Positions 20,347-31,700 of a stretch of 64,000 nucleotides of DNA are shown here, one piece after another; position 1 is the first letter of the stretch, and each line of letters starts with the position of its first letter. This stretch comes from Candidatus Hydrogenedentota bacterium (lineage in GTDB: Bacteria; Hydrogenedentota; Hydrogenedentia; Hydrogenedentales; SLHB01). A program made the position numbers and the translations under genes. The stretch covers positions 480,001 through 544,000 of the forward strand of contig CAXXTH010000018.1 in NCBI GenBank assembly GCA_963668025.2, given 5' to 3'. The notes beneath the pieces are model-generated. The model was not told the origin of the DNA and ran no database searches. It worked only from the letters and a program-made list of their open reading frames with translations.

Positions 20347-20794
20347 TGCCGCTACTCATCATCATGTGGCTATTGCCATACCCCACCCCTCATAACAGAG
20401 GCATTGTTATCCTTTTTGGCCCATCTAGACAATCACCCTTCGCGCCCTCGATCTCACATCTGGTCCCGCTGCGAGGCTGAATGCCCATGCCGAATACTCT
20501 GTATTCATGAACTAGAATTTATGCATTATGATTCCATATTATCAGGCTATTCTCGGGATTTCAATGTGTTTTCACCTATTGCCAGGCTTAATGCGCAATA
20601 AGAGCCAAGATGCTAATGGCAGCAATATCAAATGAGTGAAAACGGCCTTTTTTTCAATCGTGTTAATGAACTGAATCCAGGGCTTTCTTGACTATCTATC
20701 TTGGCTATCGTCTAGAGTTCCAGAAATAGAAAGGATAATAGTAATAGAAGATGGAGATATGGAAACAAAAAGCAGTAAAAAGACAAAAAACCTA

Positions 20795-21767
20795 CTATTT
20801 CTGCTCAACGGAAAGCAACCTGTCTAGACTTTTGTCGGAACTTCTGTAAGCGTCCGGCGAACGACGTGGTGAGGTGGCGGAAGATGGGGTTGGGGTAAGG
20901 TCGGGCGGAAGGGGAAGTGAGGTATTCATGCCAAGGGATTGAAGGAGTTTGGGGTGTTCATCCATTTCTTTTCGTAACAGCGTGATGAGATCGAGGCAGG
21001 AGGGCCGTTTTGTCTGTTTTCTCCACCTTGGAAGGGGGGCATATGCCTCGTTTCGATGGGGGCCGAATGTGTTGAGTGCGGCCAGGAGCAAGGCGCTGTA
21101 GGCCGCCACGGCCAGTGGGGGTTGCTTGGGCACGGCGACGGGGTTCCACAATTGGGCCTGGCCAACACCCAAGGTATCTTTTTCTTCCCGGTGGTTCACT
21201 TCAATTTGCCAGCAGTCGAAGTAAATCTGGAGCAACTCATCCGCACGATGCGTGAGGCTGGTGCAAAGTAGGTAGGCCGGTTTCCTGTAATAGAGCTTGC
21301 TGCTTTTGCGCTTGCGGTATGCCGTGGGAGCCACGACGAACAGGCGCAGTGGCACGAGCAAGGAGGCCTGCAAGAAGCGCAGGCCCAAGATGAGGTTGTT
21401 GTGGAAAGGCGGCGACAGGGGATCGCGCTGGTAAAAGGCCTATAGGATGCAGCGCCCCGTCTTACGGAGCTTGGTGTCATACAGGGCGGCGGCCCACCAG
21501 CCTGCTCTTGCACAATGGCAACGCGCCTTTTAAAATGGGCGCAAACAGGTCTTGGGGAGCCCATTTGGCCCGGCCGTACAAATGGTATTCGGCCTGCCAG
21601 GGCTGGTCCTGCCTCCCACTGGCCCACAAAATGCGGGTGATGGTGCGCCGTCCCAGGCATACCAGGGAACCCAGAGCCTGGCGCGTCGCGCGCATGGCGG
21701 TGTGGTTCTGTGCGAAAACCTCACGCCACTACGTGGTGATATCCAGCCACGATTGAAGCAGCGTCAT
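20795..21767 (-). pseudogene. IS701/IS4-like transposase pseudogene
   Basis: ATG at 21767, in-frame TAG at 21729-31, GRRTITRIL, frameshift near 21495, second TAG near 21442, apparent internal deletion at VPL|RLFVVAP, and C-terminal WQIEVNHREEKDTLG. Confidence 0.8.
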
Positions 21768-22099
21768 CCCTTGGCCTCCTTGAGTCCGAAAGTGTTCTTA
21801 TCCGTGCGAACAAACCGGTCTCCCCGGGTTACTTTCTTGGTCAGCGAGGACACCAGGCTTTCCCGGTCCACCTGGATGCCGAAGGCGTTCTGAATCTGCT
21901 CCAGGAGCGCCGTTATATGCAGGGGATGGCTGGCTTTCGCAAGTATGTCGAAAGCCATATCTACTTGCGACCTACTTTTCTTCCGCCGCGTTTCCGGCGA
22001 GGGGCTGTTTTCCTTGCGCAACCGGCGCACCGCCCGTAGCTGCGCCTCCAGCCCATGCTCCATTGCCTGCAAAATGGTATCTCTCAGTTCTTTATCCAT
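21764..22099 (-). CDS. Small winged-HTH protein (HARE-HTH-like), IS accessory gene
   Basis: SQVDMAFDILAKASHPLHITALLEQI...FVRTDKNTFGL. ATGA overlap with the transposase; RBS AGGAGA. Confidence 0.7.
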   Translation of the reverse strand: MDKELRDTILQAMEHGLEAQLRAVRRLRKENSPSPETRRKKSRSQVDMAFDILAKASHPLHITALLEQIQNAFGIQVDRESLVSSLTKKVTRGDRFVRTDKNTFGLKEAKG

Positions 22100-22128
22100 A
22101 CAGATCTCTCCTGTTTCGACCTAACAGG

Positions 22129-22157
22129 ATTAAAGCATAAATGAGTCAGTATGTCAA
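22129..22157 (-). promoter_or_regulatory. sigma70 promoter TTGACA-17-TTTAAT for the IS accessory gene
   Basis: Read directly on the minus strand with a 17-bp spacer. Confidence 0.6.
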
Positions 22158-22233
22158 CATAAATCCAATCAACCTACTCAAACAAGAAGCGTGCGCTCAC
22201 AGCCAACTTATTTAAAAATGGAAAAACTCCAGG

Positions 22234-22256
22234 CGTGGGCGTCACGGCCATGCCAC
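22234..22256 (-). repeat. Degenerate single REP copy
   Basis: Reverse complement GTGGCATGGCCGTGACGCCCACG resembles GTAGCATGGGCGTCCCGCCCATG. Confidence 0.5.
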
Positions 22257-22268
22257 CCGCTCAAGCCT

Positions 22269-24593
22269 CTATTTCACCGCAGCACGCCGCTTTTTAGCGA
22301 ATACGAACAATACCACAGCGAGAGTGACGGTAATCACGACCCAGCCGCCGGAAGACAATTCGAACGAATCGTTCGGACGATAAGGATCAAAGCCCATCGC
22401 GGCTTCTTCCGCATCCGATTTGCCGTCGCCATCGCTGTTGTCGTCTTGATAGTTGGCGACGCCGTCACCGTCCAGGTCTTTGGCACCCTCGATATAATCG
22501 GGGATTCCATCGCCGTCGGTATCCCAATGATACACCAAGCTCGGGTCTATGTTCTGGCCAGCGAGATCCTCTTTGGGCCACTCTCCCGTGAAACGGAAGA
22601 GGGTGATACCCTTGGTATCGCTGGCCACATAAATCAGATCTCCCCGGGGCTTGATGAGGCCGAAAGTCAAGGATTTTTCATAATAGCCAACGCGTTCGTT
22701 AAATACACCATGCCGGACATCATAAATCTGAATACCCTGGTCTGCCGAGTAGAAAGCGTAATCGGCAAGAACTTCCACTGTCCACAGATTGGGATAGCCA
22801 ACTACCCTATCGTTGTGCTCAGTGGCGGATGTGAGCGAAAGCCATGTCCGGCAGTCAAGCGAGTGCGAGGTATCACTGTACAGGCTCACAGAAACACCAA
22901 CGCCACCCCAAATGCCAAAATCATAGTACATGTCGATGGAATTTGCACCGATATACTTGGGAAAAGCGGGGTCACTTATATCATATTCCAACACGTGACT
23001 ACTGTGATAATAATCTATCCAATCACCTTCATTTACCTGCCATGCGCGCATATATCCGGCGTATATCCGTCCATTTTGGGCCACCAAGCGGGTTGCATGC
23101 ATGGTGGTGCTGCTATTGGTACGAACACTGGACTGTGGAGTTCCTGGGGCGCTTGGATTCGTGACATCTACAGCCATCAATCCACCGTAAGGCAATTCAA
23201 CGTAAGCATATCCTCCCCAGTACAATACTTTCTGAGGAGGAAGTGGAGCTTCAACGGAAGACAACACGAGTAGATGGCTTGGGTCACTGGTGTCAACTAT
23301 ATAGAGCTTATCGGCCGCGACAAAAAGGAGATCGTTGATGGCATCCAGCCCAACGCATGTAGCGCCAATATCCAGTGAACCAAGTTGTGAGAAGGAGTTG
23401 TCCGGGTTCCGGCGTAATCCGGTCAGAATATGAGGATATTCCGTACTAATGGAATGGGCCACCCACACTATATCGCCGAATACATCCATGGCACCCAAGA
23501 TACCATAGCCGCCTCGGACAGAGAATTTGCTTGGCCACCAAGACTGCCCTAGTTCCTGAGGAGCAGAATGATTGGAGATGTCGACGGCTTCAATGCCGCC
23601 TTCTCCTGCCGCGTAGTATACACGATTTCCCTGTACAGCCAGATCGTACGGTTTCGCGGCTTCCGTGGTATGCCGTCCCAATTCCACTGGAGCAGAGGGC
23701 GTACCGACGTCAAATATCTTCAGGCCTTGTTCTCCGTAGTCATGCTCTGTTATATAGACAATGTTATCGTCTGCGGCAACAATGGCGTCGGCCTCGGTGT
23801 CAAATCTATCAGCAAATGTGATCTGGTGCGGTGCCGCCATATCGCTCGCATCAACGATACACCAATGCGTATTGTACGAGTAATCTCCCACTATATGTAC
23901 AAGGCCATCATGGGCAGATATATCGCGAATAACCATCTTATTGAGAGTAAAAATATCACATAAAGGAGACAGCACACCCAGATCTGAAAGGGACAGAAAG
24001 CACAATTTGGTTCCACCTCCTGTATAGACAACACCATTGTCAATGTCGATTCCTTCGAATCCATAACCTGTAGGCTCACTCTCGACATACTGGCTTAGTA
24101 ACTCCGGCTGAGATGGATTCGAAACATCGACCACTAAAATATAACCACCCTGAAGACACACGAGAACCATTCCGCCCCAATATGCTAGTGTCCTCTTAAT
24201 ATTGGAAATATAGCTTGTGTGCTGATAGTAGCCCATAGGCGTCAGTGTATCTGGATTATGAGCATCTATGATGAGAGGTGATGCATCGCCTGCGGCGACA
24301 TAAAGCACCCCATCATTCACAATAATATCAGTAATATATTTACCTATATATAGAGAACCTCGCCGGCGTGGATGCATCGGGTCGGAATAATCGACCGCAA
24401 CAACCTCTTCGCCCACACTCGCAAACACAATATCTCCCTCAACCGCCAGATCGGTGCAGGCACCACCTGCGTGGCCAATCAGCTCAATATTCATGGAGTT
24501 GTCTTTAGTAGGCAGGCTTACAGCGAAAGCATTATCACATGATATGCATACTAACACTAAAAAAAGAACGAATGGCCGATAAAAATGCCACAT
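22269..24593 (-). CDS. LVIVD-repeat beta-propeller surface protein with Ca-binding DxDGDG repeats and C-terminal TM anchor
   Basis: Signal peptide; repeats ILVVDVSNPSQP, LKIFDVGTPSAP, IEAVDISNHSAP and LMAVDVTNPSAP; DTDGDGIPDY; hydrophobic tail ending KKRR. Confidence 0.85.
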   Translation of the reverse strand: MWHFYRPFVLFLVLVCISCDNAFAVSLPTKDNSMNIELIGHAGGACTDLAVEGDIVFASVGEEVVAVDYSDPMHPRRRGSLYIGKYITDIIVNDGVLYVAAGDASPLIIDAHNPDTLTPMGYYQHTSYISNIKRTLAYWGGMVLVCLQGGYILVVDVSNPSQPELLSQYVESEPTGYGFEGIDIDNGVVYTGGGTKLCFLSLSDLGVLSPLCDIFTLNKMVIRDISAHDGLVHIVGDYSYNTHWCIVDASDMAAPHQITFADRFDTEADAIVAADDNIVYITEHDYGEQGLKIFDVGTPSAPVELGRHTTEAAKPYDLAVQGNRVYYAAGEGGIEAVDISNHSAPQELGQSWWPSKFSVRGGYGILGAMDVFGDIVWVAHSISTEYPHILTGLRRNPDNSFSQLGSLDIGATCVGLDAINDLLFVAADKLYIVDTSDPSHLLVLSSVEAPLPPQKVLYWGGYAYVELPYGGLMAVDVTNPSAPGTPQSSVRTNSSTTMHATRLVAQNGRIYAGYMRAWQVNEGDWIDYYHSSHVLEYDISDPAFPKYIGANSIDMYYDFGIWGGVGVSVSLYSDTSHSLDCRTWLSLTSATEHNDRVVGYPNLWTVEVLADYAFYSADQGIQIYDVRHGVFNERVGYYEKSLTFGLIKPRGDLIYVASDTKGITLFRFTGEWPKEDLAGQNIDPSLVYHWDTDGDGIPDYIEGAKDLDGDGVANYQDDNSDGDGKSDAEEAAMGFDPYRPNDSFELSSGGWVVITVTLAVVLFVFAKKRRAAVK

Positions 24594-24804
24594 ATTACAC
24601 TCCTTTCTTTAGATCGTATTACTATACTAAATCATTTTATTTGTGTTGTCAATAGAGTGTTTATTGACGAAAGATCCCCAAAAATTCGACAACAACACTT
24701 CTATAGACGGGTAACTCTATTCAATATAATTAGTTGCGGTTATCAATCCCCATTTTTTGGGGAACTCCTGTTTTTTTACCTGATATAGATTTTCATCTGC
24801 CTAA

Positions 24805-25146
24805 TCGTTCAGGTTTGTGTGTAGGGCTTCACCTGGCGATTAAGGCGTAGACACAAGTTTCTTCATATGGTATAAAAACGGCCAGGCATTCGCGAATACG
24901 CCCGGGAAGCTGGAAGGCGCGACAAGTTCCAGCTTGCAGTTCTACTCTCTGGAAGGTTTGGATAGCGGCATATATACCTGCCGCTACGAAACTCCCGTCG
25001 GGCAGGTAGTCGAGACGGAAGCCTTCACGTTCACGGTTGAGGAAACGCCCGCCTCCCTCCCACTCTCTTGGGCGGGGAATTGGATGCTTGCCTTGATGGC
25101 ATGCGCCTGGCTTTTTTTGTTTTGTGCTGCGTATAGGGATGGACGA
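24805..25146 (+). pseudogene. Remnant 3' end of an Ig-domain surface protein with sorting tail
   Basis: One frame reads SFRFVCRASPGD*GVDTSFFIWYKNGQ...SLQFYSLEGLDSGIYTCRY...LPLSWAGNWMLALMACAWLFLFCAAYR. This is the I-set Ig signature (C, WxKNG, DSGxYxC), with an internal stop and no start or signal peptide. Confidence 0.7.
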
Positions 25147-25193
25147 ATGACTGGCGAGGACGCCAGCCATTCGTCTGGTTGTTCCAGGTGTAG

Positions 25194-26075
25194 TTATCGA
25201 ACGCGATACGATCGCCCAGAGGGGTGTGGAGGCGTGAGTTGTGTGGACTGGCTGCCCCTGCGCGCACCAGACGAACGAGTAGTAACGTGCGTCTCGTTTC
25301 CGCCTTGGCGGCTTGGCCGAGAGTATTGCATATCCGAGCCACGGTAGACCGGAGTTCTATCGCCGCCATGCCTGGCGCCCGGCTCTCTGTAGTTACCGCC
25401 GTTACCATACGGCCTGCGCGGATGATTATCATATTCATCCCTGTAACCCGGAGCGTAATCCTGGCAAACTGGCGGATTATAATACGGTTGAGGGTAGTAA
25501 TTAGGTTGCACATAACTGTACGGATTCGGCGCATACCCATAATACGGCGGCACTTCGACAATGACGCGCGGAGCGGGAACGATGGTCACGGGGTAAGGTG
25601 GAAGAACAGGCCTCACCTCGACCGTTGGCGCGGGAACGATGGTTACGGGGTAGGGTGGCGGAACGGGTGTAACCTCGACGACAGACGCCGGCGGATAGTT
25701 ATTGGCGTTCAGTAAAGTCCCGACAAGCCCCACCACGGCGTTTGCTATCCCGACATCCCGGTACGCTTCCGCGTCCGAATAGCCATGGTGGTCCGAACCG
25801 TGATAGCCACCACCATTCCCGGAGTATTGTCTTGCGGAATCCAATAGATTTCCCAAGCTATTGAGTCCATCCAGCCCGAGACCAGATGAATTGGATTGGT
25901 GGCGGTTGCTGTGCCTGCTCACATTCGGAAACTTTAGTCCAGACGAGTGGCGCGGCGCGGCCACACTCCTCCCTCGGATCTGCGCAGACGCGTCCGAAAC
26001 GCATAAACCCAACGAAATCAATACCATACCAGCCATTACGATGGCAGGCGCTCTCGTTTTCCTTGTCGTGTCCAT
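25194..26075 (-). CDS. Secreted low-complexity Pro/Tyr/Gly-rich hypothetical protein
   Basis: RBS AAGGAG, signal peptide (ASA-Q), central hydrophobic GIANAVVGLVGTLL, and PPYPVTIVPAP twice. Confidence 0.7.
   Translation of the reverse strand: MDTTRKTRAPAIVMAGMVLISLGLCVSDASAQIRGRSVAAPRHSSGLKFPNVSRHSNRHQSNSSGLGLDGLNSLGNLLDSARQYSGNGGGYHGSDHHGYSDAEAYRDVGIANAVVGLVGTLLNANNYPPASVVEVTPVPPPYPVTIVPAPTVEVRPVLPPYPVTIVPAPRVIVEVPPYYGYAPNPYSYVQPNYYPQPYYNPPVCQDYAPGYRDEYDNHPRRPYGNGGNYREPGARHGGDRTPVYRGSDMQYSRPSRQGGNETHVTTRSSGARRGSQSTQLTPPHPSGRSYRVR
25570..25679. repeat. 57-nt intragenic tandem duplication
   Basis: GCGGGAACGATGGT[C/T]ACGGGGTA...ACCTCGAC at 25573 and 25630. Confidence 0.8.
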
Positions 26076-26204
26076 AACGGACTCCTTTCAGTTCCTGATG
26101 AATTAGACGAGAGTCCGGAGCACTTTATTCACGCCGGCGTATGTAAACGCAATCGTCCTGCCGGGAAAATCGGTAAGGAGAAAAGCCTTCATAAAGGAGA
26201 AAGT

Positions 26205-26237
26205 CTCTCCCGGCGCGCCAAGTGCGCGCCGGGAGAG
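26205..26237 (-). terminator. Intrinsic terminator after the GxGYxYP operon
   Basis: 14-bp stem CTCTCCCGGCGCGC/GCGCGCCGGGAGAG, followed on the minus strand by ACTTTCTCCTTT. Confidence 0.7.
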
Positions 26238-26253
26238 GCCAGGCGCTTAGCAA

Positions 26254-28735
26254 TTATTCCGTCCAGCCTTTTACTTTTGCTTCTTTGTACAGCACGGCCA
26301 ATTGGGATGGCGTGACGAACACCATATCGGGATCCCGCTGTTCATAGATGTGCTTCACAATGGCGTCCATGCTGTCATAGGTCCAGCAATGCAGAAAGCC
26401 ATTGACGAATGCGGGCCGGACATCGCCCACTTGCTCGCGGACTTCCCTCATGAAGGTGTCTTTACCATACCGCCAGCTTGTCACGGCGCGAAACACCGGC
26501 GTTTCGCCAATCATATATGTAAGGTTCTTTATGCCTTCCCGGCCGGAATAGCGGCCCATGTCGGCGAACAACGAATGGATCTTGGGCATGCCCTCGACGT
26601 ATTCCGTGACAACGGGGTCTTTTCCGCCCACGGTCCGCAATGTGGACATATCGAGCTTATCAAGGTACCGCGCCGTCCAATCGAAGAAATCCTTCATCAC
26701 CGCGCCACGCTCTTGGTAGTGCGCGCCGAAGTGTTCGGGATGGGTATAGCCAATGCCGGATACATCCGCCATGAACTCCGTATTCGGCGTGGCGTGCTCG
26801 AAATACCACTGCGCCACGGCGGGCATAAGGTCCATGATGGGCGGCCCCATGCCGAAGGCCACGGGGAACTTGCCGAAATCCGGGTGCTCGAAGTAGGGCT
26901 TGAAGAATCCTATCCAGCAGTTCTGATTATCGCCGTCGGACATGTCCATGGCGATATAGATTTTATCCTTTTCGAGCGCAGGTGGTTCGATATGATTTTG
27001 TTTAAGTTTATCGATGCGCACGCCGCTCATGACGCACGTGTTGGCCAAGCTGTCGGTGCATACCAGCGCGATGCCGTAGCCGCTAACGAAATCCACGCCC
27101 GCCGGTTCGCCCATGCCCACGCCTTCGCCCGCGAAGGGAAATCCAAGGACGGCCGTATTCGGAACCATCTCGGACAAGACCTTCGCCATGACAGCGGTCT
27201 CCGCCAGGATATCCGCGCCCGGCTCCTTGCTGTCCACGGGGCCCGCGATCCAGAACATGACCGCTTTCCATTGCATATCGTAGGCGAATGCGCCATTCGG
27301 CAGCCTATCCGGATGAAGGAAATCGCTCAGATGATGGCTGAGCCTGTCTTTGTACGTATCCCACACCCATTGCATGCCATCGCTGTACTTGCTAAAACGC
27401 CCGCGCAAATCCACTACGACCGGAATGCCAAGGGATTCGGCCAATTCGGGGGTGGCGATAATCAGATCCTCGCAAGCCGCTACATTGGCCGCCAGCAGGC
27501 TGCCTCGGTATAAATCGGGATCGGGGATCACCGCGCCTTTGTACGCTGTCTTGAATTGCTGGAAAAGGGCTTTCCAGTCCGCCACTGTTTCATATCCGCT
27601 GATGTAGCCTTTTTCCTTGTGCCAATCGAGCCAGGCCGGATCCCGGCCGGAGAAATGGACCCACATACGCGGCTGTTCGCGGCTCGTAAGCCCTTGCAGG
27701 CAGGCCAGCGCGGTTTTCACCTCGTTGGGAAGCGGCCTTGCATCCACCAGCAGCAACGATTGCGCGGGCGTGTTGGATTTCGGTAGAAAGGTGTCGCCCC
27801 AAGGCCTTGGCGTGCGGTTCATGGCTAATTGATCGGGCAACGGCTCAGGGGCGGCCTGCGCATCGCATTGAGTAAAAAACGGCATTCATGCGCTCTTCCG
27901 AAAGCAAGCCTTTTTGCACCAGTATCCAGGCCGCTCCGCGCGTGATGAGCTGCTCCGCGAAGAAGGCGTTCTCCGCATCGAGCTGGCTGGCCGCCTGGCC
28001 CACCCACAAATCGATTGCGCCTTTGAACGCATCACACCGGTGGAGAATCAGCGCGGAAACCGTCTCTGGCTCGCTCTTCCCTTCAGGTAAAAGCCCCACC
28101 AGCGGGATGACCTCATCCGAGGGATCAAGGCTTTTCGCATCGAGCCATTGTTTGGAATGGGGGCCTTGAGGCAAGAGGCTGTTATCGCGGAATCCCAACG
28201 GATTGTTCTGGAAACCGTGGTGCAGAATTTGGAGCACGCCGGAGGCGGGGCCAGCGAACCCGCCCGTGCCCATGCCCTTGGCGTCATGTCCGAGGTACAG
28301 GACTCCACCCATGTCTTTCCAAGCTCCATCTTTCTTCTCACACGGATGGCAGAAAGGTATGCCCGTCAATAGGAGGCATCCGCCTGCCACATGGTAGGCG
28401 CGCAAGGCATCGAACGCAGGCAGCGGGAAAGCGTTGCCATATGGGATGGCCAACACCGGCAGAGTGGCGGGCTCGAGTGCGCCTTCCTTGAGTAAATCAT
28501 CCACGCTCAGATTGCGTGCGGGAATGCCATGTTTCTCGAACATGGGCGCGAACTTTTCAGCCGAAACGCCCGGCGCGCCGCCATAGTCCGCCATGCCTGG
28601 CTCCACCAGCACGCCGATATGCCATGCCTGTTGCATGCCGGAAGCTCCTTCACGATTTGATTCCGATGCCGGTTGCGCCGGGGCAATCATCGCGGCGGTG
28701 CAAGCGCAGCTTAATACAAGCATGTTACGATACAC
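26254..28735 (-). CDS. Secreted GATase1-like + GxGYxYP putative glycoside hydrolase, split by one +1 indel
   Basis: ORFs 27845-28735 and 26254-27885 join at A6 27874-27879 (MNAVFTQCDAQ). Motifs [13 protein letters not shown] and SGIGYTHP; only the first ORF has a signal peptide. Confidence 0.8.
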
Positions 28736-31700
28736 GGCGGCCTCCTTTTACATTTAGCTCTAGAGCTATGCCAGCCACCAAAACCAATACAAGCCCCGCC
28801 AAGGCCATAACCGAAGCGGCAGGCAACGGCTGGTCGTATACCGTGGGATTCGTTCCCTCTTGGTATTCCTGTAAATTGGAGCGCCGGTCATGATCGGGGT
28901 CGCCCGTCGCAATTTGATACAGGTTGCCGAAATGCTCGATTTCCCACGCGTCGCCCAGGCCGTCATTATCCACATCGTCCGTGACGATGACTTCACGCGT
29001 CACTTCAACCGCCGCGTTGCCTGCGGCATCCGATACGTTATACCGGACCGTGTAGGTTCCCAGGGTGTTCACATCGAAATCCGCGCCCGACGTAACGATG
29101 GAATCGGTGATATCGCCGTCCCTATTGTCTGCGGCGTCCGCCCCGGCATCCACATACGCCGCGCCCACCGCATGGCGCACCACCGCGTCGCCCAGCAGCG
29201 TGATCACGGGGGCAATGATGTCTTTCGGGGTAAAAGTATAGACGGCGGTTCCGGTCAAACCAGTGAAACCCGCGCGCGTCGTGATATCCGCCAGCGGGCT
29301 GTCATCTTGGTCCGTGGCTTGCGCGTCGATGATATGCACGACATTATTGGATGCGCTCAGCAAGACCAATTCCAGGCCGGCATTGTCATGCGCATCGCCC
29401 ACGGCCATGGCGGGCGCATCGCCCATACCCAGCCGGTAGGCCAATTCGGGGCTAAGGTTCACAGCAGTTGGCGTCATCAAATCGATGCGGTTGCCGCCAT
29501 CCGAAGCGGAGACGATCTCGAGCCCTGCCGTGCTCTCGATGAAATCGCCCGCCACGAGCGCCGTGATAGGACCGGCCATGCCCCGGAACATGTTTCCATC
29601 CGAAAGCAAACCGGGGACTTGATCGGCGTCCCACCAGGTAAGGCGGCCTGTTGTCGTTCCCGTGAATACTTCCTCATTGGGATTATCCGGCACGATATCA
29701 CCTGCGACAAAACTGGTGACAGGCCCCTCCGTATTTTGGAAGGTAAGCTGCGGGAAACGCGCGGCGGCGTCGGCCCCAGCGGGATCATACTCATTGAAGC
29801 TCATTTGTGTGCCGCCCGTGGCGGGATCCCACACATAGGCGCAGAAGATCTCGAGTCCCGGATTCGAGCCGACGAAATCGCCCACGGCCACGGCGTCCAT
29901 CGAGTACCACAAGCTAATCCATGAATGCGCATCCAGGAGCGGAATGCCGGGCTGGCCGGGAGCCAACACCAGCAACTGGCCGTAATCGCGCGCGCCGTCA
30001 GTCCAGGTCTGCCCCACCACGATTTCAAGGCCCGAATTCGCATCATCCAGCTCGCCCACGGCGATGCTATTGATTTGCTGATGGCCCGTGCTGCTATCGA
30101 GCAACGCGAGCGTCTGGCCCGAACGAATTTCCAGCACATCACCCCGCCCGAGAATGATCTCTTCGCCGGGCGAATCCTCGTCAATCTCCGCCACCGCCAT
30201 CGCCGTGACACCCGGCAAACCGGTTGCCTTGGCGTACTCCGTGTACAAGTCATTGCCATCCAGGGCGCGCAGCGTTCCCCCGCCATCTTCCGAAGAGACC
30301 AGCACGGAAGGCGCCGGCTCGGTGGGGCCTTCATACGGATCACGGCCCAAGATGCGCGTCCATACGTTCTGGAACTGGATGAAATACTCCGCCTTCTCGC
30401 TTTCACTGTCATAATCCAAGCTGGCCGCTTGGGCGGAGAACGCATCGAGTTCCGATTGGAACGCGGCGCGCACTTCCGCCGTGTATTCGGCCGCGTCCAA
30501 ATCCGCCTGGGCATATTCCAGGAACAAGCCGAAGGTCTGCTGCGTGCGCAGATGCAGGCGCGCATACCATGCCAGCGCTTCCGGCGTCACCAGCCGCACA
30601 TGGGACGCCAGCTTCCGCGCGCACCAGCGCGCCGCGCCATATCCCCGCTCGACGCCGTTCGAGATGTCCGCCGCTAGAGGCGTTCCCGATGGCACTTCTT
30701 CGCCGTCTTTAAAGAAGCTCCACGCATGCACCACGGTCCAGTCGAAATAGCCGCTGCTATTCGCGGCTCCCGTGTGTTCCGCGTTGTTGATCATGGCGGC
30801 CACGGCGTTTGGCGTGCCGTTGTTGGCAAAACCGGAGTTGCTCCAGATAGCGTAGCGCGCCATGAACGTGGGAATATCAAGCCCTTGGCCGTTGCCATCC
30901 CAAAAGATCGCGCCCATGCCCGCGTTATAAGGCACGTAATCGATGCAGAACGACCCATACAATGAAGGTAGCGCTTGGGCGACAGCGGCGCGCGCCACAT
31001 TGGCCGCCGATGAATTCCATTGGCTGGCGTCGTAGATATTCCAATACAGCCGCATATCCATGGCGTCCAGCACGGGGGCCATTTGTTCGAGATGGTCTGC
31101 GAAGGTGGCGTCCGCCCGTTTCGAGCCGTAACGTTCGGGATAGAAGTAGCCGCCGCCCACGAGGATATGGCTGTCATTCGCCGTGGCCTGCTCCGCAAGC
31201 GAGCGCACATTGCCTGCGGCGGTCTGGAAAGTGCTGGCGCAGGCCGTGCCCCAGCCAAATGGAAACTCCCCACGCGCCCGGTGCTGGTAATACATCTGCT
31301 CCGTATCATTCAGGAAGTACATATTCAAATTAAAAGCGTCGCCATCGGATAGAATCAATGACGTGTAGTGAACATCTTGTTCCCATTTCAACGTGCTCAG
31401 GTCCACATGTGATTGAGCGTTGAGGTGTGTTTGCTCCATTGGGAAATCCACGCCGGGGTCCAGCAGCGAGAGGAATGCCAGGTTGCTCGTGTGATTGTTC
31501 GCCGCATTCCAGTGGGCGTAATCCGTGGCCAGGCGCGTTTGGGCGTTTTCATCTCCTTGGTTCCAGCCCAAGATAGGCGTATTGGGCTCCATGGCGGCAT
31601 AAACGGCCGTTGTAGGCGCATCCACGCCGAAGAGACAGAAGGCGTCCATGGCGATGGCGTAATCGCGCATGGATGGCAGCTTGGGATCTTGCGCTAATGC

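Larger units (their letters stand above)
20712..22232 (-). mobile_element. Degraded IS701/IS4-like element with an upstream HTH accessory gene; ends uncertain
   Basis: Contains a transposase pseudogene and an HTH ORF. Only a weak terminal match (CTAGAGTT versus revcomp CTGGAGTT). Confidence 0.5.

Noticed and set aside
20347-20711. Riboswitch or sigma28/sigma54 promoter upstream of cheA
   Set aside because: No convincing consensus or conserved structure found by eye.
22191-23273. 360-aa plus-strand ORF
   Set aside because: Antisense to the LVIVD-repeat gene.
27845-28735. Separate 296-aa gene
   Set aside because: Joins the downstream ORF on removing one base in an A6 run, and the downstream ORF lacks its own signal peptide.
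26302-30677. Long plus-strand ORFs (403, 344 and 250 aa)
   Set aside because: Antisense shadows of high-GC GxGYxYP genes.
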